Source: Oscillospiraceae bacterium (GTDB lineage Bacteria; Bacillota; Clostridia; Oscillospirales; Ruminococcaceae). Taken from it: DNA of 64,000 nucleotides. The position numbers and the translations under genes were made by a program. This document shows positions 37,009-47,197 of the stretch, piece by piece. Below the pieces are notes generated by a model. The model saw only the letters and a list, made by a program, of their open reading frames with translations. It was not told the DNA's origin and did no database searches. Within the stretch, counting starts at the first letter, position 1. Every line of letters begins with the position of its first letter. The DNA is taken from NCBI GenBank assembly GCA_051893615.1, contig JBJFHM010000034.1, positions 76,416 through 140,415 of the forward strand, in the 5' to 3' direction.

Positions 37009-38358
37009 TCACTCTTCAATACCACAGATTTCTATTATAGCACGTGCAAAAATCTTACAGTTTAAGATTAGATTTTCCAACTTGATAAACTCGTCATCAC
37101 CGTGCATATTGGTATCCTCATCATTAGGAAGTTCAGCACCGAAAGCCACACCACCCTCGATATCATGAACGTACGTTCCACCACCGATGGCTTTACAATA
37201 AGACTCATTACCAGTTTCACTAGCGTAGATATCTAAAAGTGTATTGATAAACTTAGAATTCTCATCAGTATGGTGTGGATTTTCTGCTAATAGAATTTCT
37301 GCTTGATATCCATTATCCATCATAGTAGTGCAAACCGAATAGATTATACTATATTTAGTAGTATTTAAAGGATATCTAATATCTTGTTTACATTCAATGA
37401 AGCCATCTTTTAATGATATTAAGCTCAATACGGAAGTGGTCTTTCCTGAGAGTTCATCATCATAGAATATTCCTAACGACTTGCCGTTGAAATCACCGTG
37501 TGGAAACATTTTAGATAGTCCTTGAATAGCTTGAGAATTATCAAACTTTTTAAGATATTCGATAAGTCCGGTAATACCATTGTTAGCTAATTGTGGTGTT
37601 GAAGCGTGTCCTGATAATCCCGTATACTTAACCTTATAACCATTTTCTCCCTTTTCTACTGTGATGTTCTCATCGGTAGGTAGTTCAGTATCTGTGACAA
37701 TATAACACTCGGCAGGTACACCATTTATAACCGTTCCACCATTCAACTCTTTGATTAAAGTACCATCATACTTAGTCTTAAATGATACTCTAATCATACC
37801 CTTTTCAATGTTAATACATGGATAACTTCCATCGGGAGTGAACACGTTAGGAGGCATCTTTTCACGAGTGGCATAGTATTCCAAATCAGTTGAGCCGTTT
37901 TCCTCATCAGTACCAACTATAAATCTTACATTGTATTTTAATTTTATGCCCATATCTTTAATAGATTTCATGGCATACAAGACGGCAACTGCTGGACCTT
38001 TATCATCTATTGAACCTCTACCAAAGATTTTACCATCTTTTAGGGTAGCCCTAAAAGGTGGATAACTCCAATTTTTTTCAGTTACTGGAACTACATCAAG
38101 ATGACATAAAATTCCCAAGTTTTCGCACTTATCGTTAAATTTGATACTTCCAACGTAGTTTTCAAAGTTTCTAGTGATAAATCCCATATCACTGGCGATA
38201 TCTAACATCTTAGATAGAACCTCTGCACAGTGTATACCATACGGCATATTAGGAAGACTTTCACCTTTAACACTAGGTATAGATATTAAACTATCTAAAG
38301 TGGAAATCATCTCCCCTTGATAGCTTTCTATAGTTTCATAGAGTTTACTATAATCCAA
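37009..38358 (-). CDS. pepV: M20-family dipeptidase (PepV-like)
   Basis: M20 motifs: HLDVVP, GRGSIDDKGP, VGTDEENGS. Start refined to TTG 38356-38358 after GGAGGTG. Confidence 0.85.
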   Translation of the reverse strand: MDYSKLYETIESYQGEMISTLDSLISIPSVKGESLPNMPYGIHCAEVLSKMLDIASDMGFITRNFENYVGSIKFNDKCENLGILCHLDVVPVTEKNWSYPPFRATLKDGKIFGRGSIDDKGPAVAVLYAMKSIKDMGIKLKYNVRFIVGTDEENGSTDLEYYATREKMPPNVFTPDGSYPCINIEKGMIRVSFKTKYDGTLIKELNGGTVINGVPAECYIVTDTELPTDENITVEKGENGYKVKYTGLSGHASTPQLANNGITGLIEYLKKFDNSQAIQGLSKMFPHGDFNGKSLGIFYDDELSGKTTSVLSLISLKDGFIECKQDIRYPLNTTKYSIIYSVCTTMMDNGYQAEILLAENPHHTDENSKFINTLLDIYASETGNESYCKAIGGGTYVHDIEGGVAFGAELPNDEDTNMHGDDEFIKLENLILNCKIFARAIIEICGIEE

Positions 38359-38432
38359 AAGTAAGCACCTCCAAATTTTAAGATATTTATATTTTATCAC
38401 ACATTTAGAACATATTCAAGACTAATCAAAAA

Positions 38433-39065
38433 TTATCTTGATTGAGCCATATATATTATAGCGTTACATATTGAAGCACATACATTACTTCCACCTTTAC
38501 GACCCTTTGCTACTATATATGGAACGTCTGTGGACATAATCAACTCCTTAGATTGCACTACGTTGACAAATCCAACAGGCACACCTATTATCAAGTCAGG
38601 TTTAAAAGTACCATCTGTGATGAGTTCATATAGTCTAATCAAACTTGTGGGAGCGTTGCCCACTGCATAGATTATTGGGTGTGATAGTTTACTAGCCTTA
38701 TCCACGCAAACGCTTGAACGAGTGACGCTCATCTTCTTGGATATTTCTGCTACATCACTATCACCGATATAACATACTACCCTACCACCTAACTTTTCCA
38801 GTGACTTCTTATTGATACCTGCCATAACCATAGTAGTATCTGTAACTATGGTAACGTTATTCTTAATGATATCCATTGCAATATCTACAACGTTTTCCGA
38901 AAAACATAGATTTTCCAAATAGTCAAAATCTGCAGTAGTATGGATTACTCGCTTTATAATCGGTGCTAACTTTGGATTGAGTTCAACACCCAATTCCTGT
39001 CCAATGATTTCAAAACTACGTCTTTCAATGTCACTAGGTTCAATATTTTCCAGTTCAACTTTCAA
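38433..39065 (-). CDS. cbiC: cobalt-precorrin-8 methylmutase
   Basis: 210 aa. HTTADF and GNAPT motifs of CbiC/CobH. Confidence 0.9.
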   Translation of the reverse strand: MKVELENIEPSDIERRSFEIIGQELGVELNPKLAPIIKRVIHTTADFDYLENLCFSENVVDIAMDIIKNNVTIVTDTTMVMAGINKKSLEKLGGRVVCYIGDSDVAEISKKMSVTRSSVCVDKASKLSHPIIYAVGNAPTSLIRLYELITDGTFKPDLIIGVPVGFVNVVQSKELIMSTDVPYIVAKGRKGGSNVCASICNAIIYMAQSR

Positions 39066-39577
39066 AATTCAATCCCCTTTCTAGCCTTTACGCCCTTATC
39101 AAATGGGTGTAAGATACTCTCCATATTGGTAATATAATCGGCACGATTTAAAAAAAACTCACTTGGATTTCTCCCAGTAACTACGATTTCAACAGTATTA
39201 GAGTAAGTATTAATGATACGTTCTATTTTACGTTTATCTAATAGGTTGTAATTATAAGCATGAGTAACTTCATCTAAGACTACCAATTTAAAGTTTTCCA
39301 ACTTTAAAGAAGTTTCGATATAATCAAGGGTATTATTATGCATACAGGTCATCTTATACTTTTCGAAGTCAGTCATAGATTTATAAAACCCAAAATCTTG
39401 TGGATTTCTAATAACTTCAACGTTAGGAATATACTTCAAAGAGTTCAATTCCGAAGTTTTAGAACCTTTCATAAATTGACTAATCAAAACATTTTCGCCA
39501 GTACCTGCAAAACGCACAGCCAATCCAATAGATGCCGTAGTTTTACCTTTGCCATTACCCATATAAATCTGTAACAT
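39062..39577 (-). CDS. cobO: cob(I)yrinic acid a,c-diamide adenosyltransferase
   Basis: 171 aa. P-loop GNGKGKTTA and DE(V/L)T motif of the CobA/CobO/BtuR family. Confidence 0.9.
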   Translation of the reverse strand: MLQIYMGNGKGKTTASIGLAVRFAGTGENVLISQFMKGSKTSELNSLKYIPNVEVIRNPQDFGFYKSMTDFEKYKMTCMHNNTLDYIETSLKLENFKLVVLDEVTHAYNYNLLDKRKIERIINTYSNTVEIVVTGRNPSEFFLNRADYITNMESILHPFDKGVKARKGIEF

Positions 39578-41062
39578 TCATATCCCCCCATCTAATATGG
39601 AATAGATAGTATCCATATCAAGATTATTTCTAACGATATCTGCAAGGAGATTATATTGAGTTTCCTTATACTCTTTAAAGTTCAAAGGTTTGAAGTTCTC
39701 CAAAGATAGTCCTTTTCTATGGAATAACATCTTTATAAAGGAGTTGCGAAAGGCATCATTTTCAAAAATTCCATGCAGATATGTACCAAAGATATTTCCC
39801 TTATAACAGCCTAGTTTAGAAATTTCAAATAGATTGTTTTCACCATGTTCGGTCACACCTGAATGAATTTCATAACCAGTAATTTCCAAATTGGATAAGA
39901 CGTTAAACTCACCATAGATATTAACCGTTTTGGAAGTAGTCTTTGTAGTGGTCTTCTCATCGATTAGAGTAGTTGAAAGGTTTAATAACTCCAATCCCGT
40001 GATAGTGCCACCATGTTCAACGTTGAAATTATCATAGATTTTTCTACCCAACATTTGATAACCTCCACATATACCAATTATCAAATTACCACTATTAGCA
40101 TACTTTTTGATTAAAACCTCTAAACCATTTTCACGCAACCATATCAAATCGGCGATAGTGTTCTTTGTACCTGAAAGTATCACAACGTCAGGATTTTTAA
40201 AATCTTCTATACTAGATACGTACCTTAAAGAGATACCTTCAATATTTTCCAATGGAATAAAATCCGTAAAATTAGAAATGTGAGGAAATTTAATTACAGC
40301 TATATCTATCAAATTGACACTATTATGTGAGTTTAACCTCTCTGATAAACTATCTTCATCATCAATATCAATCTTTGTATATGGGATTACCCCTAAAACT
40401 TTTTTATTACATAATGTTTCAATTTGGTCTAACCCAGATTGTAAGATAGACTTATCTCCACGAAATTTATTGATTATTAATCCTTTAATTAAGTTTTTTT
40501 CAACCTCTTCTAAAAGTTGAACCGTTCCATATAGTTGAGCAAATACACCACCACGGTCTATATCGCCAACTAGCAGTACTGGAGATTTAACCATCTTAGC
40601 CAATCCCATGTTGACAATATCGTCACTTTTTAGGTTGATTTCTGCAGGACTTCCTGCACCCTCAATCACTATGATATCATTACTTTTAGATAACTTTTCA
40701 TAGGCATCTAAGATGGTTGGTATTAACCTCTTTTTATACTTAAAGTATTCCACGGCTTTCATATTGGATAATACTTTACCATTTACTATCACTTGAGAAC
40801 CAACATCTGTGGTAGGCTTTAACAAGATTGGGTTCATCTCAACACTTGGTGACTTGCTACACGCCTCTGCTTGTACTACTTGAGCCCTACCCATTTCAAG
40901 ACCATCTTCAGTAATGTAGGAGTTCAATGCCATATTTTGCGATTTAAACGGTACAACACTATAACCATCTTGAGTAAACACCCTACATAATCCTGTAGTG
41001 ATTAAACTTTTCCCCACATTGGACATAGTTCCTTGTATCATTATAGATTTATTCTTTTTCAA
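39578..41062 (-). CDS. cbiP: cobyric acid synthase
   Basis: 494 aa. N-terminal MIQGTMSNVGKS P-loop and C-terminal GATase (GICGGYQMLG). Confidence 0.92.
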   Translation of the reverse strand: MKKNKSIMIQGTMSNVGKSLITTGLCRVFTQDGYSVVPFKSQNMALNSYITEDGLEMGRAQVVQAEACSKSPSVEMNPILLKPTTDVGSQVIVNGKVLSNMKAVEYFKYKKRLIPTILDAYEKLSKSNDIIVIEGAGSPAEINLKSDDIVNMGLAKMVKSPVLLVGDIDRGGVFAQLYGTVQLLEEVEKNLIKGLIINKFRGDKSILQSGLDQIETLCNKKVLGVIPYTKIDIDDEDSLSERLNSHNSVNLIDIAVIKFPHISNFTDFIPLENIEGISLRYVSSIEDFKNPDVVILSGTKNTIADLIWLRENGLEVLIKKYANSGNLIIGICGGYQMLGRKIYDNFNVEHGGTITGLELLNLSTTLIDEKTTTKTTSKTVNIYGEFNVLSNLEITGYEIHSGVTEHGENNLFEISKLGCYKGNIFGTYLHGIFENDAFRNSFIKMLFHRKGLSLENFKPLNFKEYKETQYNLLADIVRNNLDMDTIYSILDGGI

Positions 41063-41069
41063 GATGCAA

Positions 41070-42098
41070 TCATTCCTTACTTAAAATTTTTTCAAGAGCA
41101 TCTAACAAGATGATATTATCTTGATGTGTTTTAACGGCAATTCTAAAGTACGAATTATCTAACCCAATATAATTTGAGCAATCACGAATAAGGATATTCT
41201 CTCCTAATAACTTTAAGTACAAGTCTATGTTAGATTTTACCAGAATATAGTTGGCATCACTTGGATAATACTTAAGGTTTAAATATTTAAAGTTAGAAGT
41301 TAAAAACTCTCTTTCTATTTTGACATACTCTTTAGTTTTTGAAAAATAGTCAATACATTCTAGGGCAGACACTCCACATATCTGTGCCACCGTGGAAACA
41401 CTCCAAGATTGCCCACAATTTGAAATCTTTTCACAAATTCTAGGACTTGAACACAAAGCATAACCCAATCTGATACCAGCCATTGAAAAAATCTTAGTAA
41501 ATGCTTTTAAGATTATCAAGTTAATATTAGAATTTAAATATCTTTTAAAAGATTTTCCATTACTAGTGAAGTCCAAGAAACATTCATCTACTATTAAGGT
41601 TACATTTTCCTTAACGCACCTATCCACTATTAGATTGAATAGATTATCATCAAGCAAGACACCCGTTGGATTGTTTGGATTACATAAGTACATAACATCA
41701 ACGTTTGATATATACTCTAAAATATCATGTTGGATTTTAAAGTTAAACTCTTCTTTAAGTGAATAATATCTTATATTACACTCATCTAAAGATTTTTCAT
41801 ATTCTGAAAAAGTAGGAGATAACATCAAAGCGTTATGAGGTCTTAACGATTGTCCTATACGAAAGATTAAATCATCAGCACCATTGCCACAGACTATATT
41901 TTCAAATGGAACGCCCTCCACCTTAGATAGTCTCTTTCTTAACTCTATGCACTGGGTATCTGGATAGATTTCAAAGTTATCAACATTATCTATAATGGAT
42001 TGTTTAACTCTATCGGGCATACCTAACGGATTTATATTTATAGAAAAATCTAGTTTTATGGATTTATTGTAAATCTCTCCACCATGCTGATTTATCAT
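41070..42098 (-). CDS. cobD: threonine-phosphate decarboxylase (class I/II aminotransferase fold)
   Basis: HGG N-terminus, NPNNPTG, and the PLP Lys region (KAFTKIFSMAGIRLGY). ATG 42096-42098 overlaps the cbiB stop as ATGA. Confidence 0.88.
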   Translation of the reverse strand: MINQHGGEIYNKSIKLDFSININPLGMPDRVKQSIIDNVDNFEIYPDTQCIELRKRLSKVEGVPFENIVCGNGADDLIFRIGQSLRPHNALMLSPTFSEYEKSLDECNIRYYSLKEEFNFKIQHDILEYISNVDVMYLCNPNNPTGVLLDDNLFNLIVDRCVKENVTLIVDECFLDFTSNGKSFKRYLNSNINLIILKAFTKIFSMAGIRLGYALCSSPRICEKISNCGQSWSVSTVAQICGVSALECIDYFSKTKEYVKIEREFLTSNFKYLNLKYYPSDANYILVKSNIDLYLKLLGENILIRDCSNYIGLDNSYFRIAVKTHQDNIILLDALEKILSKE

Positions 42099-43048
42099 AC
42101 TACGATACACCTCACAATTAGACAGAATATCAATGATATGAATGAAGTTACATATAAAATATTGTTAGAGGTTTTAATATCCTCAATTTGGATAGGTCTA
42201 ACATTGTCGCCAATGGTTTTCTTGTGATGTAACTTTCCAAAATAGTACATATCACCAGCCAATTGGACGTTCAATACTCCTGCAAAAGCACTTTCCGTCT
42301 GTGCAGAGTTCGGACTAGGGTGATTTCTACAATCACGTCTCCAAATACGAAAAGCAGATTTAAAATCTAAGTTTAAAAAGAACGTGGCAACTATCACAAA
42401 GATGGCAGAAATCCTTGAGGGTATGTAGTTTAAGAGGTCATCAAGTTTCGCAGATGCCCTACCAAAATATAGATACTTATCATTTTTATAACCTATCATA
42501 CTGTCAAGGGTGTTCACGGATTTATAGAAAAATCCACCAATTGAACCAAACAAAGCCATATATATCATAGGGGCTATAATACCATCGGAGGTATTTTCTG
42601 CGATAGTCTCCACAGTGGCTTTAGTAACTCCAGCGACATCAAGATTTTGAGTATCACGTCCAACTATCATGGATACGTTCTCCCTAGATAGTTCTAAATC
42701 ATCATTCTTTAACGATTGATATACTTTCATACTTTCATCTTTTAAACACTTTGTCGCCAACATCTGATAACACATGATACTATCTACTATGATACCGACT
42801 ATCACATGAATTTTATATGCTAACTTTAATATTAATAATGCTCCAACCGTTGATATCCCTACTACTATTATTGGCATAAAGATGCCACTTATCAATTCAC
42901 CTTTTGCAGTCTTTGGGAATAATCTTCTTAAAAGGTTTTCAGTCTTAGAGATTAAACTACCTATAAATCTTACTGGGTGAGGTATATTGTAAGGGTCACC
43001 AAGTATCAAATCTAAGATATATCCTAATAATAATGGTAATATTGACAT
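42095..43048 (-). CDS. cbiB: adenosylcobinamide-phosphate synthase
   Basis: Multi-TM CbiB family (GDPYNIPHPVRFIG, SPNSAQTESAFAG). Start refined to MSILPLL. Confidence 0.9.
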   Translation of the reverse strand: MSILPLLLGYILDLILGDPYNIPHPVRFIGSLISKTENLLRRLFPKTAKGELISGIFMPIIVVGISTVGALLILKLAYKIHVIVGIIVDSIMCYQMLATKCLKDESMKVYQSLKNDDLELSRENVSMIVGRDTQNLDVAGVTKATVETIAENTSDGIIAPMIYMALFGSIGGFFYKSVNTLDSMIGYKNDKYLYFGRASAKLDDLLNYIPSRISAIFVIVATFFLNLDFKSAFRIWRRDCRNHPSPNSAQTESAFAGVLNVQLAGDMYYFGKLHHKKTIGDNVRPIQIEDIKTSNNILYVTSFISLIFCLIVRCIVV

Positions 43049-43061
43049 AGTAAAATCCTTT

Positions 43062-43583
43062 CTAAAGTTGAATGGTAATATAATCACCGTTTTTAATTTG
43101 GAAGTCAAAATAATCACATTTAGGATTTAAACGCTCCATAATAGACATTATAGTCCCACCATGTACCACCATAGATATCTTATCTTTATCACATTTGGAA
43201 ATTACGTTTCTAAACGCCTCATAACTACGATTAGAAAAATCTTCTTTACTTTCGCCATTTGGAAAAGGTAACACACCATTGGAGTTAATCCAATTTTGAT
43301 AGTTTATGTTATTAGATAACTCTAAATAGTTTTTGTTTTCAAAGTCTCCAAAGTTACATTCTTTGAAATCCTCAACGAGATTGATACCCATATTTGGATA
43401 GATAATCTTTGCAGTTTGGATACATCTAACCATGGGACTACTATACAAAACCTCACAATTGGGATAGCTTTTATCTCTCAATTGCTTGATACCTTCAACA
43501 CATAGAGGTTCATCTGTAATACCAATATATCTTTTTTCAAGATTTCCTTTAGTATAACCATGTCGAATTAGATTTATCAACAT
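43062..43583 (-). CDS. cobC: alpha-ribazole phosphatase (histidine phosphatase family)
   Basis: RHG motif (LIRHGYTKGN) and a later HGG. Operon context. Confidence 0.8.
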   Translation of the reverse strand: MLINLIRHGYTKGNLEKRYIGITDEPLCVEGIKQLRDKSYPNCEVLYSSPMVRCIQTAKIIYPNMGINLVEDFKECNFGDFENKNYLELSNNINYQNWINSNGVLPFPNGESKEDFSNRSYEAFRNVISKCDKDKISMVVHGGTIMSIMERLNPKCDYFDFQIKNGDYITIQL

Positions 43584-43954
43584 TTTAAGAACACTCCTAA
43601 CCCACAGAATACTCTTTCAACGGTTTCTGCCCTTTTAGATACTTCACAACATACACGACCTACTAACTCTCTGTAATCTCTGCTAAAACTATCTATAGGG
43701 ACTACACCGTTTCCAACCTCTGTAGATACTATTATAACGTTTGGATTTTTAATTATAAGCGTATCCAAATATGATATAGTCTCCTCTATGGTAGAGAAAA
43801 ATCTTTTTATAAGTATTTCAAAGTGATTTAAAACTTCACAAGAAAAAGTATCCTCTATGGTGCAAGTATTTCCATCTGCAACGGTTTCAACTTGATACTT
43901 TTCTATTGTAAACTCTAACTTTCCTTGATACGCTCCACCTATAATTAATCGCAT
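43577..43954 (-). CDS. truncated CobU-like protein with a degenerate P-loop
   Basis: The C-terminal half matches the CobU family (VIIVSTEVGNGVVPIDSFSRDYRELVGRV). The Walker A reads GGAYQGKL rather than the GGSGSGKS of the true cobU at 45600..46139. About 50 aa shorter. ATG 43952-43954 follows GGGGGA. Confidence 0.65.
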   Translation of the reverse strand: MRLIIGGAYQGKLEFTIEKYQVETVADGNTCTIEDTFSCEVLNHFEILIKRFFSTIEETISYLDTLIIKNPNVIIVSTEVGNGVVPIDSFSRDYRELVGRVCCEVSKRAETVERVFCGLGVFLKC

Positions 43955-44844
43955 GATGTCCCCCAATCGAAAATATACTTATTTTTATCGTGGTTAAAAG
44001 TGATACCTACATTTGGCATAGGAAATCCATACGTTTCGGATAACAATTGTATCAAAGCCATTGAGAGTTCTTCACCTTGAAAATCACACCAATGGATAAT
44101 ATCCTCCATAATTTCGATTAAAATTTTATCCTTGCAATACCTAGATAAAGTATCTTTTATATAGTTTAATGCGAAGATATACCTAGGTAAATCCATAACG
44201 TTATCTTGTGGATATCTATCAATATATAGTCTATCTTTGGATATCCTAACCCCAATACTATCACTGATTTTTACACACTCTTGATTTTCTAAGGGTACAA
44301 TCCTAACACATAGATTGACGTATAAAAGAAATCTACCTTTCATATACCTATATATAGTATGCTTAATATTTGATGGATAGTTTAAAACATTAGTTAAAAT
44401 CATATTGGAGATGTTTTCAACATCTTTTAAATCTATAGGAATTAGTTTTAACATTTCCAAATAACTTTGTTTAGTCTCATTTGATTTATAAAGCCCAATA
44501 TCTTTATAACAAGGTAAAATTAAAAGTTCCATCTGTGGAGATAAATATTCATGATATGAACTAATCAAAAAACTAGAGATTTTAGTACTTTCTCCAAATT
44601 GTGATATTAACACACCATCATAATAGTAGTATATTCCATTTTGATTGAACTCTATCTTCATAATGTCTCTTTTTGATGATAGTTTTAAATCTATGATAAC
44701 ACTTTCTCGAAAAGATTTCCTATACCACTCAATCGTCTTAGATACATCATAATGTTGTGAAATATACTCTTTTAAGTTTGATTGAGGAAAACAGTTAGCT
44801 AAAAAATATATCCAAAAGTTTTGATTGTTTAAAAATTCATACAA
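43945..44844 (-). CDS. hypothetical protein (299 aa) embedded in the cobamide nucleotide-loop operon
   Basis: Uninterrupted ORF 13 nt after the cobS stop, overlapping the next gene by 10 nt. No motif recognised and no TM helix. Confidence 0.6.
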   Translation of the reverse strand: MYEFLNNQNFWIYFLANCFPQSNLKEYISQHYDVSKTIEWYRKSFRESVIIDLKLSSKRDIMKIEFNQNGIYYYYDGVLISQFGESTKISSFLISSYHEYLSPQMELLILPCYKDIGLYKSNETKQSYLEMLKLIPIDLKDVENISNMILTNVLNYPSNIKHTIYRYMKGRFLLYVNLCVRIVPLENQECVKISDSIGVRISKDRLYIDRYPQDNVMDLPRYIFALNYIKDTLSRYCKDKILIEIMEDIIHWCDFQGEELSMALIQLLSETYGFPMPNVGITFNHDKNKYIFDWGTSCD

Positions 44845-44857
44845 AATATATCACCCC

Positions 44858-45613
44858 TTAGTTAGTCAAGATAGTCCCAGAGAGTAGAACCAACTCACAA
44901 AGTTGTAGAAAATATCCAGCCAAATCTCCTGTGATACCTCCAAAAGTTTTATAACTCATAATCTTGTAGTATGCGAACACTCCCATAGATAGAATAAAGT
45001 TTATCATACAAGATTTTAAGTTTAAAAATCCCATAAGTATAAAAGATAAAATCAAATAACATACCATGGTAATGTTGACAGTAGTCTTTTCGGCAACGCT
45101 TGAAAAACTATGAAGCATACCATCACCACGGGCATTTTTAAAATTTACTACGGATAATCCACTAAGTGACCTTTCTAAACAGAACACTATACCATATATC
45201 AATACAGATTTTAAGCTATCAAGATTACTAATCGCACCGAAATATAAAACCATATAGGATATAGTTTTAATCAAGGCAAAAGCACCGATATGACTATCCT
45301 TTAATATTTCAAGTTTTTTTTCTCTAGGTTGATACGAACTAATAGCATCAGAGGTATCGCAAAAGCCATCAAGATGTATTCCACCAGTAACCAAAATTGG
45401 GATAACAGTCATTAAAGCACTTCTTAGAATATCATTAAGGTTGAGAAAATCGCATAGATACCACGCCAAAATTTCAAAGATAGCTATAGGTATTCCAACT
45501 AGTGGAAAATAGCAGATACTATACTTCATGTTTTTTTCATTCCAATCCACGTTTGGGACTGGTAATCTTGAATAGGTGGCAAATGCTATACATAGTGATT
45601 TAATCCAAGCCAT
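44858..45613 (-). CDS. cobS: adenosylcobinamide-GDP ribazoletransferase (cobalamin synthase)
   Basis: 251 aa polytopic membrane protein with FATYSRLPVP and HLDGFCDT motifs. Confidence 0.9.
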   Translation of the reverse strand: MAWIKSLCIAFATYSRLPVPNVDWNEKNMKYSICYFPLVGIPIAIFEILAWYLCDFLNLNDILRSALMTVIPILVTGGIHLDGFCDTSDAISSYQPREKKLEILKDSHIGAFALIKTISYMVLYFGAISNLDSLKSVLIYGIVFCLERSLSGLSVVNFKNARGDGMLHSFSSVAEKTTVNITMVCYLILSFILMGFLNLKSCMINFILSMGVFAYYKIMSYKTFGGITGDLAGYFLQLCELVLLSGTILTN

Positions 45614-46139
45614 TTAAGATATCACTCCCTTTATAGATTATTGGATTACTATAGATACTTTCAATCACACAATTGGAAACTTTAGCTAACCTTTGATTAA
45701 TAATCCCAAGAGTTTTAATATACTCAACCGTTGAAGTATCATAGTTACAGCCATCGGAAAAGATTTCATTAGACACTATTACAAGATTTTTACATGAAGT
45801 TTTTAACCTTTCTACACCATACAGGATTTTATCTACTAGGTTACTTTTAGGATTTTCACAAAACATCTCATTGGCTAAAAGGTTAGACATACACTCCAAT
45901 AGTACATTTGAGTCACTATCAATGGTGATGTTTTCCAAATCTTGATAAACTTCTATAGTAGAAAAATTTCTACCTTTTCTCAATTCTTGATGTCTTAAAA
46001 TTCTTTTATAAGCCTCTTGACCGAAAGGTTTCATAGTTGCAAGGTATATCAAATTTTCACCCTCAGATAATTTGACTAACAATCTTTCAGCCATTTCGGA
46101 TTTACCACTTCCACTGCCTCCAGAGATTAAAACCATCAT
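45600..46139 (-). CDS. cobU: bifunctional adenosylcobinamide kinase / cobinamide-phosphate guanylyltransferase
   Basis: 179 aa with P-loop GGSGSGKSE and a conserved His region (KRILRHQELR). Confidence 0.9.
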   Translation of the reverse strand: MMVLISGGSGSGKSEMAERLLVKLSEGENLIYLATMKPFGQEAYKRILRHQELRKGRNFSTIEVYQDLENITIDSDSNVLLECMSNLLANEMFCENPKSNLVDKILYGVERLKTSCKNLVIVSNEIFSDGCNYDTSTVEYIKTLGIINQRLAKVSNCVIESIYSNPIIYKGSDILNGLD

Positions 46140-47197
46140 AATTTTTTATACGCTTCCATTCCAATGTTTTCAAATGTGCGATTGCTATTATAGACTTTCA
46201 TAGCCATATCAAGTAGAGGAAATAGGGCTACTGCTCCAGTGCCTTCGCCAAGGTGCATATTAGCATGAATAATCGGCGATAGTTTTAATTCTTTCATAAT
46301 CATAGTAGAGGCAGGTTCTGTACTCATATGAGATGGTATCATAAAGTCTACACTTTGAGGACATAATCTATAAGAAATAAGGGCAGATATTGAAGAAATA
46401 AAACCATCTATGACTATTGGCACTCTATAGATTGAACCACCTATAAAAATTCCTACTAACCCAGCAATATCAAAACCACCTAACTTTGATAAAACATCTA
46501 ATGGATTATTCTTGGCAGGTTTTCTAAGAGCAATCCCTCTTTTAATAACGTCTATCTTATGCAGTAAACCTGAATTGGATAACCCTGCACCTTTACCAGT
46601 AACCATTTCAACTGGCAATCCTAGAAGTACACTAGCCAACGCACTAGATGTAGTAGTATTACCTATTCCCATCTCGCCAGTAGCTATGATTTTATATCCC
46701 TCATATTTTAAAGTTTCAACTAATTCTATGCCCGTTTCAATAGCCTTGATAGTATCGTTTAAACCCATAGAAGCATCTTCTAAGAAACTTTTAGTACCAT
46801 AAGCGATTTTTCTATCTATGATGTTTAAACCATCTTCAACTGTGACATTCATACCGATATCAACGACAAAGACATCAGTGTTTGAAACACTAGCCATCAA
46901 GTTGATGTTAGAAATACAATCAGACATATTCCTTGCGACTAGATAGGTTACACTGCTATCGGTTTGAGTTACGTTCTCTTTAACTATGCCATTATCGGCA
47001 CACATGACCACAACACACTTATTAGATATGTCCACTTCAGGAGTACCAACCATTCCCGAAATTTTACAGATGATACTTTCTAAATCACCTAAACTATTAA
47101 GAGGTTTAGCAAGGGTATCCCAACGTAGTTGGGATAGCTCCATAGCATGAGTATCTAACGTATTTACTTCTCTAAGATATTCGTCTAACATTTTCAT
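46136..47197 (-). CDS. cobT: nicotinate-nucleotide--dimethylbenzimidazole phosphoribosyltransferase
   Basis: CobT family (LAKPLNSLGDLE, GEMGIGNTT, GEGTGA). Start placed at MKMLDEY (47197, alternatively 47191). The ORF-track extension overlaps cbiA. Confidence 0.9.
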   Translation of the reverse strand: MKMLDEYLREVNTLDTHAMELSQLRWDTLAKPLNSLGDLESIICKISGMVGTPEVDISNKCVVVMCADNGIVKENVTQTDSSVTYLVARNMSDCISNINLMASVSNTDVFVVDIGMNVTVEDGLNIIDRKIAYGTKSFLEDASMGLNDTIKAIETGIELVETLKYEGYKIIATGEMGIGNTTTSSALASVLLGLPVEMVTGKGAGLSNSGLLHKIDVIKRGIALRKPAKNNPLDVLSKLGGFDIAGLVGIFIGGSIYRVPIVIDGFISSISALISYRLCPQSVDFMIPSHMSTEPASTMIMKELKLSPIIHANMHLGEGTGAVALFPLLDMAMKVYNSNRTFENIGMEAYKKL

